A stretch of DNA of 64,000 nt from an uncultured virus (IMG/VR IMGVR_UViG_2912927692_000003). Lineage: Duplodnaviria; Heunggongvirae; Uroviricota; Caudoviricetes. Made by a program: the position numbers and the translations under genes. Numbering within the stretch: the first letter of the stretch is position 1; each line of letters opens with the position of its first letter. The stretch is taken from the IMG/VR virus record IMGVR_UViG_2912927692_000003. One strand, 5' to 3'. Under the pieces are notes generated by a model. It saw only the letters and a program-made list of their open reading frames with translations. It did no database searches and had not been told where the DNA came from. Shown here one piece after another: positions 59,201-64,000 of this stretch.

Positions 59201-61538
59201 GAAGCTCAACGATGCTCAGGTCGCGCTGTACCGCGAGTTCCGCGCCGCCACCGACCGTAGCCTGGACACCATGGCCCGCGCCGACATGCTGCGCTTCGGC
59301 GGCGAGGATGTGAAGGAACTGCGCGACCAGGTGATGGACGCGGCCGATGCGCAGGAGGGGGCCGCGATACTGCGCGACCACCTGGCGCAGATGGCTGATG
59401 CATGGCCGGAACGCGCCACGAACCTGCTGAACCTGGCACACGGCATGACGGATCGCGCCGAGAAGGTCGCCCAGTTGCAGGGCGAGGGCTATGCACCGCT
59501 GTCGCGCTTCGGCAAGTACACAGTGGACGTGGTGGGTCAGGACGGTCAGCGTGAATACTTCAGCCTGTTCGAGACGAAGCGCGAGGCCAACCAAATGGCT
59601 GAGCAGATGCGTGGCGCGTTTCCTGGCGCCACCGTGAGCCAGGGCACCCTGTCCGAGGAAGCGTACAAGCTATTCGCCGGCATCACACCGGAAACGCTGG
59701 AACTGTTCGGCAACGCCCTCGGTTTCGACTCACAGGGCGATAGCGCACGTGATCAGGCTTTCCAAGACTACCTGCGCCTGACAAAGACCAACCGCAGCGC
59801 AATGCGCCGGCTTATTCACCGAAAGGGCATCGCTGGTTATAGCGAGGACGTAGGGCGGGTACTGGCCTCGTTCGTATACTCCAATGCGCGGCAAACCGCC
59901 GCCGGTCTGCACATGGGCGACCTTTCCGAGGCTGTGAACGGCATCCCGCAGGCGCAGGGCGAACTGAAGGACGCCGCGGTACGGCTGGCCGACTACATCA
60001 AGAACCCGCAAGAGGAGGGGCAGGCGGTGCGCGGACTGCTGTTTGCGCAGTACCTCGGCGGGTCCGTCGCGTCAGCCTTCGTCAACATGACCCAGCCGGT
60101 CCAAGTGACTTTTCCCTGGCTGAGTCAGTATTGCGGGGTGAAGCGCGCTGCGGCGGAACTGGGGCGGGCAGCACGACAGATGGCGCAGCGCTCCTATCAG
60201 TTCGAACCGGACCTGGCCCGGGCACTAAAGCGCGCAGAGGATGATGGGGTGGTGTCCCCGCAGGAGGTCCACCAGTTGATGGCGCAGGCCCGCGGCAGCG
60301 GCTCGCTGCGCGCCGGGGACGGGACGCGCTTGGGTGATGCTCGAGCACTTGCGTCCAACAGCGTGGCGCGCCTGTCGATGGCCTGGGGCAAGTTGTTCGG
60401 CGCCGCAGAGCAGATCAACCGCCGCATGACCTACATCGCGTCGTATCGCATCGCCAAAGCGCAGAACATGGCCAATCCTGACGAGTTCGCACGCCGGGCC
60501 GTGCGCGAGACGCAGTTCGTATACTCCAAGGCCAGCAAAATGCGCTGGGGGCGTGGTGCCGTCGGCGGCACCTTGATGACCTTCAAGACGTACAGCGTGG
60601 CCTATCTTGAGCTGATGCATCGCTTGTGGAATCAGGGTGAGCCTGGTTCGCAGGAGCGCAAGGACGGTCGGAAGGCTGCTGCCCTGATGATCGGTATGCT
60701 GCTGCTCGTCGGGGGCGCCGGTGGCTTGCCGTTCGCCGAAGACGCCGAAGACCTGATCGACGGTGCGGCGCAACTCATGGGCTACAACTTTTCTACCGCG
60801 AAGGCCAAACAGGAGTTTCTTGAAAGTCTGTTCGGTCGGGTGCTTGCCGACTTCATTGATCGCGGGGTGTCCGGGCTGCCTGGGGCTCCGCTCGATGTAT
60901 CGGGCCGGCTGGGTATGGGGAACCTGATACCCGGAACCGGTCTGCTAACTGAAAAGACCAGCCATACGCGAGACGTCCTGGAAATAGCTGGCCCGATGGG
61001 AGACTTTGCCAGCCGAATAGCGAGTGGTACTCGCAAGGTGCTGGGAGGTGATATCGGCAGCGGTATCCTGGAGATGTCGCCGGGCGCGGTGCGAAATGCG
61101 GCCAAAGGCGTGGATATGATGGCCACTGGCATGTACAGGGACGCCAAGGGCTACAAGGTGCTCGACACCAACGTGCTCGAGGCCGCTATGAAGTCCATCG
61201 GCTTCCAGCCGGCCAGCGTAGCCACTATCCAAGGGGCCAACATGCTCAACCAGAAAGCAAAGGCCTTCTACAACTTGAAAGCCCAGGAAATTCGCAGTAT
61301 GTGGGCGGCCGGCATCTTCGAGAAAGACCAGGGCAAGGTTGAGCGCGCGCGGCAAGCAATAGCCGATTGGAATCGGCGCAACCCTGACCAGCCAATGGCC
61401 ATCCGAGTGCCAGACATCATGCGACGAGTCCGCGAAATGTCGCTATCGAAGGACGAACGGATAGCGAAGACCGCACCGAAAGCGATGCGGCAGCAGATGC
61501 GAGAGGATCTGGAGCGCACCCGCGCAACGCTGGACTGA
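50217..61538 (+). CDS. Giant polyvalent internal virion protein (ParB-like, N6-adenine MTase, two HExxH, nuclease-like, PLxRFG)
   Basis: LKPTQ..DGHHQW; FFPT..LEPSAGMG..MNPPF; GKWRFEISD; HELQH; HEMVH; PLSRFG. Confidence 0.88.
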   Translation: MADTSKPWEEFASQQPVTGGEKPWEEFGGETKEEGRGLIGHARDLGLSVAKGVIGVPEAAVGLADIPTEGRVGKFLENQDGMLGFRPREARDFLSDLHTDQYKQQQQDFQDADGVVDKTLHAVQNPSMVVNTVAESLPSMLAGGAVGRGVRALAPALAPVAAGAAGEGAVMAGQQAEQIRQETDDGLLTPAQSGAAVATGVLGSLFSLAGGSLAKKLGIGDADTLLAGGANPGQLVSELASMPAKSIPRKVIEGAISEGFLEELPQSASEQVLQNLALGRDWASGLDEAMVMGTLAGMAMGGPAAVLHGGQPAASRGLADADATFESTPGLEGKSETTAPLALPAPVYEAGSDGQVRTTVDQNSATQVQRQQEAERLDRIRRGEVTDVTPVPAAPKRSEQMGLDPATGPLSGAAAQAVDSGATDQLVQQAALQQAAEEAQKSGRKGEQVNPETGEITAEQGDLLASDPVTDLQGRLEFVHRQARATGWDAKKIAERDRLQEELDKLAPPPDAGYMQRVGERVKRIEAAQSPDEIAAILAEDQQDEQRHQNAAGRVELAARARGFALDQAAQQQAPTPIGVQDDIQQAQGKADTQQAQAAQPVASPAPAAESVPAASAPAIEAAKPSNLKDAIAKVRQDKAQAPKAEPVQQTAAPAADQARYADLAQQFNAMVPQLKAAREGGNTSEVERLTNAMRPLDTEMRQLQARETKRTLDLGQQASKAKLEQELSGEAIGTRRRPSEHAPEKGLYWEKTGTNEWTGRGAWFQKGKTRTDADMAQFGGTLVMPSEQAAQKAPSIEGKDIGEGWAEFSKESGTAGIPRADMPQIKAEHRGAMVNFLSARGVQHQEETVPADTLKPTQAEFSRDKVAKAKGFEGGNRSILVSRDGHVLDGHHQWMAARDNGEEVKVIRLDAPIRDLVKLAHEFPSSTTDASSGQGATVEAKQVRPKPEPAAPDVPKKKPRGVLAKRLQAEAQARAEYFTPGNVVRGYGANYDRVISYNPTESGSWTVTVRSVRKEGDTWVDVPGESERTHMTAPDARDMKRGPAGRIATQGAPTADEFPLKEAAASYSGISNSSSQRAKSDADEFQTYIDVARDAGAVVARTDAQQAAVEQATRELRADYLAQYRRLMNVRAGTYSGYVVGRSGLNSKQADRRNSAYDRAIDTFVAWQKSNQDRVRQAALDARTDEEKAADRQAAEQARADKAQRKEDGDRSLMRRILSWKKGSEPVAITKTAHLAGVNFGKDGYPTSIKLTPTDGSVLTSDKFDLATLFRERGMSVPESKRRVRELVDFVRAEDAARPQSEPAEAPKPDPAQPSVSKTPTLDEHVALMQRARSGEATADEFRQAFERTQNARDALVAELGTMKKDELLKSGGYSFFHRYRNEKKAAIVDALVGRVLEEFALGRSYGPSSYVMSAAGLEAHRQAKASALAELVANTTDDDIKAHAAEVAEAQQEIQARRAAQQKAVANPQTLAEFRQAVSYNMETHGESLREAFMRLTPEQRIRYDELEAESTKALREQAKAQAKTRVASAGQTTAGDIIETKHTKHGHDLFVVQLAERVSREDYDTLNNSAKRLGGSYSSYRGNGAVPGFQFRTREAAEAFRKLVTGDTADAQAVAEARRDAFEDDRSQGAAERLRTMAQALNERADEALNRERKQNTERRARMAARAEASARSDKALAATMNNLADAIEGGKAKFLDTVRQKVQVEFLARELRNAKDAQIRAKYPTYGEQEKHRGEPVDAETVDYSTFPSYTAMRSDLASLARQMADVDGLKKLAARLEKVADDVTEAYTDWAKQNLLSVSRFTRGDQFADFKSREDAERAIRRSGLTGKAIVLPVKRGQNRIVMAPSEAMKLGLWQGDGDKRITLSGEFGGELVQALGRRSGSKITVPWALESAHEKRKRLESMGILTGSEYRSALREFVALREAPAEPDKIREMERSMIGRRNDGLDFFPTSAAVTEEAVDAADIQEGMDVLEPSAGMGHMADAIREQTGVEPDVVELSSERRELLEAKGYNLVGSDFMEVSGKQYDRIVMNPPFSKGRDIQHVQHAYSLLKPGGRLVAIMGEGAFFQSNKAAENFRAWLDGLGATSERLPEGSFMDPALPVNTGVNARMVVIDKPAAEESAAPQPGEQPPVQYSFAGRNAVGANLHALSTAQQRIAIGENAEAVRRDTGWHRSADGKWRFEISDHQASIAVAGETAGAIINMAHLNAINDERSRPTVGDVLNHPQLFAAYPDLQRIPVAVMPEGITALARLRRFATGNQVEVQANMPRTEVASAILHELQHAIQIREGFAMGGSARAFVSNFDKTGAATYRRLAGEVEARNTQARLKMTPRLRRDIALDESADIPASQVLVSFNGRDIENGPLPQNLTGRPPMTSQSLVRAFDLQFPALGQAVRKMLKRGKEGQRGGLVVIDSADPLRIAHTYARKSGTALSDAVQLFEDGGRINGFYDARSGLTFLVGPNLNPVTAPAVVLHEMVHGQQRQNLDQAAHAMLMNRGNVRSAELRTFLDRVASRMIEAGESRNMKEAAPYIVEQAVIEGREQGFAEADSRFLSWVDSALGKQVGDFLRRFLANIRQWMLRHGLPVGRISVDDLVRYAMAGVESAAEGRVRGDGLAMSQDDMRKARVLQGPPVAILEGNEAPQGFAAVREWAAKLFESQGGKAVNPDLGDVVLDMRAVRDSMAHGKANPYKFSAFAAVKDVLERGVVVHRADYEKGESFYVSAPVVIDDKDDIVTVLVRRDPNMQRMYLHSVATKEYLLNRRVSGADAMMAAQPSGSSSSGDVASVLQRLLTASLNEPEGPQFSRSGLRELTSKATAELNKTFSAPGGLSWWHKTIGTMYNLAERSPAFKPVFESAQGFIDDVSYYASDAADLAPKLLPKLETWRDIAKSPVGAEDNKAVAKPVFEGTLMWARDVDGKPVRVDSLAERAMRLTADEKADILLKQGKIPEGLLRAWRGLSPEQFAKMIDSRYEAQMLKAGIVWTDAELRDIWKLNDAQVALYREFRAATDRSLDTMARADMLRFGGEDVKELRDQVMDAADAQEGAAILRDHLAQMADAWPERATNLLNLAHGMTDRAEKVAQLQGEGYAPLSRFGKYTVDVVGQDGQREYFSLFETKREANQMAEQMRGAFPGATVSQGTLSEEAYKLFAGITPETLELFGNALGFDSQGDSARDQAFQDYLRLTKTNRSAMRRLIHRKGIAGYSEDVGRVLASFVYSNARQTAAGLHMGDLSEAVNGIPQAQGELKDAAVRLADYIKNPQEEGQAVRGLLFAQYLGGSVASAFVNMTQPVQVTFPWLSQYCGVKRAAAELGRAARQMAQRSYQFEPDLARALKRAEDDGVVSPQEVHQLMAQARGSGSLRAGDGTRLGDARALASNSVARLSMAWGKLFGAAEQINRRMTYIASYRIAKAQNMANPDEFARRAVRETQFVYSKASKMRWGRGAVGGTLMTFKTYSVAYLELMHRLWNQGEPGSQERKDGRKAAALMIGMLLLVGGAGGLPFAEDAEDLIDGAAQLMGYNFSTAKAKQEFLESLFGRVLADFIDRGVSGLPGAPLDVSGRLGMGNLIPGTGLLTEKTSHTRDVLEIAGPMGDFASRIASGTRKVLGGDIGSGILEMSPGAVRNAAKGVDMMATGMYRDAKGYKVLDTNVLEAAMKSIGFQPASVATIQGANMLNQKAKAFYNLKAQEIRSMWAAGIFEKDQGKVERARQAIADWNRRNPDQPMAIRVPDIMRRVREMSLSKDERIAKTAPKAMRQQMREDLERTRATLD

Positions 61539-61539
61539 A

Positions 61540-61581
61540 CCCCCTGTAAGGATTTGCCGTTCTCTGGCTGTACCGAAAACT
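61540..61581 (+). promoter_or_regulatory. Late-operon motif copy 4
   Basis: CCCCCTGTAAGGATTTG then AAAACT at 61576. Confidence 0.7.
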
Positions 61582-61632
61582 ACCTGCCCAAGAAGCCGGG
61601 GCGTGATGCCCCGGCCTTTGGAGGATGGAGTT

Positions 61633-61890
61633 ATGTCGGAGAGGGCCGGAATGGCGGTAGAGGTGGTGGGCGTTTCGGTGGCCAACAAGACCACGCTGGC
61701 TGGCGCCCTTGCGGGCGCGTTGGGCTGGCTGGCGCAGATCAACTGGGTGGGGCTGATCGGCGTGCTGGTCGCCGTCATCGGTCTGCTGGCCAATATCTAT
61801 TTCCAGGTTCGCCGCGACCGCCGCGAATCAGCCGAGAGCGCTGCCCGCATCGAGGCCATCCGGGGGCGTTGCGATGTCGAACAGCCGTAA
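61633..61890 (+). CDS. Holin
   Basis: Small TM protein with basic C-terminus, overlapping endolysin. Confidence 0.85.
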   Translation: MSERAGMAVEVVGVSVANKTTLAGALAGALGWLAQINWVGLIGVLVAVIGLLANIYFQVRRDRRESAESAARIEAIRGRCDVEQP

Positions 61891-62407
61891 CCGCGTGCTG
61901 GTTGCCGCGCTGACCGTCAGCCTGGCCGGCTTCGGCGCTTGGATGAAGTCGGAGGATTTCAGCGCGAAACCATACGTGCCGACCAAGGGCGACATTCCGA
62001 CCATCGGTTACGGCTCCACCCGCTACGAGAATGGCCAATCGGTGAAGCTGACCGATCCGCCGATCACCCGCCAGCGCGGCGAACAACTGGCGCGCAGCCT
62101 GATGGCGAAGGACGAACAGCAGTTCCGCGACTCGCTGCCCGGCGTGAAGCTGTTCCAGGAAGAGTATGACCTGTACCTGGATTTCACGGGCCAGTTCGGC
62201 ATCACCAACTGGCGCGGTAGCTCGATGCGCCGCGACTTGCTCGCCGGCAACTACCGGCAGGCGTGCGACGACCTGCTGAAGTGGCGCAACCAGGCAGGCC
62301 GAGACTGCTCTCTGCCGAAGAACTGGGGGCCGAAGGGCTGCAAAGGTGTGTGGACCAGACAGCAGGAGCGGCATGCGCAATGCATCGCCGTGCAGGTGCC
62401 GCAATGA
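61874..62407 (+). CDS. Endolysin, GH24 lysozyme with probable SAR anchor
   Basis: Weakly hydrophobic N-terminus; E..PYVPTKGDIPTIGYGST; GVWTRQ. Confidence 0.9.
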   Translation: MSNSRNRVLVAALTVSLAGFGAWMKSEDFSAKPYVPTKGDIPTIGYGSTRYENGQSVKLTDPPITRQRGEQLARSLMAKDEQQFRDSLPGVKLFQEEYDLYLDFTGQFGITNWRGSSMRRDLLAGNYRQACDDLLKWRNQAGRDCSLPKNWGPKGCKGVWTRQQERHAQCIAVQVPQ

Positions 62408-62922
62408 CCGCCCGCGAGCTGGGCGCCGTTCTGGCTGCGATAGCGCTGGCTGGCCTGGTGGCCAGCACGCTGACCTATCGGCACCTGTACCAGGACGCCA
62501 CCGCCAACCTGAAGTCGCTGAGCGACCAGGTGGAGCGGCAGAACGCCAAGGCTGAGGCCAAGCTGGCCGAGCTGACCGCGCAGCGCGACATGAAACAGGC
62601 AGCGCTCAATAAGGCCGCTGCCGACCAAGAGAGGAAGGACAACGATGCTCAGGCTGAAATCGCTCGCCTTGCTGGTGAGCTGCGCGACCGCCCTGTGCGC
62701 GTGCGCATCGTCCCCGCCGCAGGTGGGGGCTGTAGTGGTGGCGCCGCAGGTGACGCAGCCGGCACCGCCGAAGCTGGTGCAGGAGACGCCGCCTCGGCCT
62801 ACGGGCTACTACCGGAAGAAAATTCTCGACGCTTTAACGACTCCCTGAGCGAAGTCGAAACCCTGAGCGCGGCCTACAACTCGTGTCGCGCCCGGTTGAT
62901 CCCCCAAGAGCCGACCCTGTAG
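62404..62922 (+). CDS. Inner-membrane spanin (Rz-like)
   Basis: N-terminal TM plus coiled coil after endolysin. Confidence 0.85.
   Translation: MTARELGAVLAAIALAGLVASTLTYRHLYQDATANLKSLSDQVERQNAKAEAKLAELTAQRDMKQAALNKAAADQERKDNDAQAEIARLAGELRDRPVRVRIVPAAGGGCSGGAAGDAAGTAEAGAGDAASAYGLLPEENSRRFNDSLSEVETLSAAYNSCRARLIPQEPTL
62645..62848 (+). CDS. Outer-membrane spanin lipoprotein (Rz1-like), embedded in +1 frame
   Basis: Lipobox LCAC then Pro-rich mature part; wholly inside Rz. Confidence 0.8.
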   Translation: MLRLKSLALLVSCATALCACASSPPQVGAVVVAPQVTQPAPPKLVQETPPRPTGYYRKKILDALTTP

Positions 62923-62932
62923 GGAGGAAACC

Positions 62933-63526
62933 ATGGCCTACACCGCATATCGGGTGCTCAAGGCACCTATCGACCAGATCGAGCGCTTCATGACCGAGGC
63001 CATCGCCGATGGCTGGCAGCCGCTCGGTGCGCCTATCCTGCTCTACCCCGACGACAAGGCCGTCTACCAGGCTCTGGTCAAGGGTACGCCGGATGGTAGT
63101 GGCACTGGCCCTGTCACCATCGTGGTGGACGACATCACCGATGCTTCCGCCATCGGCAAATCTCTGCTGACTGCCGTCAACGATGGCGATGGGCGTGCAG
63201 CAATCGGGGCCGGCACTTCCAATCTGCAGTTGGGCACCACCGCAACCACCGCCAAAGCGGGAGACTATGCGCCTGCCTGGGGGGATGTGACAGGGAAACC
63301 GGCGGTTATTGCGGCTGGTACTGATGCCGCGACAGCAAGGGGGGCTATTGGCGCGGGAACATCCAGCCTTGCGATCGGTACAACCGCTACTACCGCGGCG
63401 GCTGGCGACCACAACCATGCAATCACTGCTGATGCTGCCAGTGGGTTGGCTGCAGCCTCCAGCGTTCAAGATGCGTTCGTAGCGGTTTCGGCGCGAATCA
63501 AGGCTCTGGAGTCGGCTGCGCCGTAG
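62933..63526 (+). CDS. DUF1737-like domain plus fibre-like repeats
   Basis: AIADGWQPLGAP..YQALVK; two AIGAGTS.L..GTTATTA.AGD repeats. Confidence 0.7.
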   Translation: MAYTAYRVLKAPIDQIERFMTEAIADGWQPLGAPILLYPDDKAVYQALVKGTPDGSGTGPVTIVVDDITDASAIGKSLLTAVNDGDGRAAIGAGTSNLQLGTTATTAKAGDYAPAWGDVTGKPAVIAAGTDAATARGAIGAGTSSLAIGTTATTAAAGDHNHAITADAASGLAAASSVQDAFVAVSARIKALESAAP

Positions 63527-63634
63527 ATGAATGCAATATGCCATGGATGGCGCATTTGAAGGCACAGGGCCTTGCGCAGGCGGAAGGTGAGGGGGGACAT
63601 TACCGCATTCCACGGAGCTTCAACCAAAGGAACG

Positions 63635-64000
63635 ATGGTCATGTACATCAAGGTCGCTATTCGAACTGCGGCACCTATCGCCGTAGTGACTCTGCTCTCA
63701 CTGCCTATATCCGCACCTGCCCAGGTCTTCAAATGCATCGACAGCAGCGGGAAAATAACCTTTTCAGATCAAGGGTGTGCAGCGGGTCACTCAGCGGCCG
63801 CGATAGACGTTGCGCCGGCGAACACCCTCGACAGCTCGCAGTACCGAAATCCGCCGCCTCAACCTGAGGTACCAGATCGCGTTGCGCCCTCGGTGCGGTC
63901 TGGCGTTCAAGTTAACGTCGTCGGGGGCGACAACGATGCAGAACGTGAGCGGAAAAGGCTTTGCAAAGAGGCCTCGACGCCCTATCCCGGATCTCGTGGA
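63635..64000 (+). CDS. DUF4124-like secreted protein, runs off window (not in ORF track)
   Basis: AAGGA RBS; signal peptide then AQVFKCIDSSGKITFSDQGC. Confidence 0.75.
   Translation, partial: MVMYIKVAIRTAAPIAVVTLLSLPISAPAQVFKCIDSSGKITFSDQGCAAGHSAAAIDVAPANTLDSSQYRNPPPQPEVPDRVAPSVRSGVQVNVVGGDNDAERERKRLCKEASTPYPGSRG

Larger units (their letters stand above)
1..64000. mobile_element. Temperate phage/prophage, podovirus-type, resembling Pseudomonas F116/H66-like phages
   Basis: Integrase, cI/cro switch, replication, terminase-portal-capsid, giant internal protein and lysis cassette in coherent order; no tape-measure or sheath gene recognised; att ends not visible. Confidence 0.93.

Noticed and set aside
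61874..62407. Endolysin lacks Asp at the canonical E-8-D-5-T position
   Set aside because: PTKGDxPT is a familiar GH24 variant; no sign of inactivation
62915..62924. CCCTGTAGGG as a fifth late motif
   Set aside because: Short C-run, no TT tail, formed by the Rz stop codon plus the next RBS, and no room for the downstream hexamer

Overview
The window holds nearly all of a GC-rich temperate phage or prophage. By inference from gene content it is a Pseudomonas aeruginosa podovirus resembling F116/H66. Order of modules: tyrosine integrase (1-1041, probably 5'-truncated); a long leftward early operon (~21.6 kb to 1.05 kb) with a PrtN-family protein, a mosaic multidomain protein, SNF2 helicase, nucleotide-metabolism genes, two DNA methyltransferases, a stand-alone LexA DNA-binding domain, an RdgC-FtsK-gamma fusion, SSB, exonuclease, a Rad52-like annealase and a CsrA/RsmA fusion; an AT-richer three-gene cassette on the opposite strand; a lambda-like immunity switch with six 13-bp operators; replication genes with 23-bp iterons; nin-like genes; terminase, portal, scaffold, capsid and tail genes; a secreted moron; two putative ejection proteins including a 3.8-kaa polyvalent protein; and a holin/SAR endolysin/Rz-Rz1 lysis cassette. 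Strongest candidates for undescribed biology: (i) the secreted moron ends in KPWEEY, matching the twice-repeated KPWEEF at the N-terminus of the phage's own giant protein (possible superinfection exclusion by motif mimicry); (ii) a CsrA fused to a domain also encoded stand-alone by the adjacent gene, plus a second CsrA-like gene in the late region; (iii) a CCCCCTGTA(A/G)G motif heading four late operons, next to a winged-helix candidate activator. Family assignments come from motif recognition by eye; no database searches were run.
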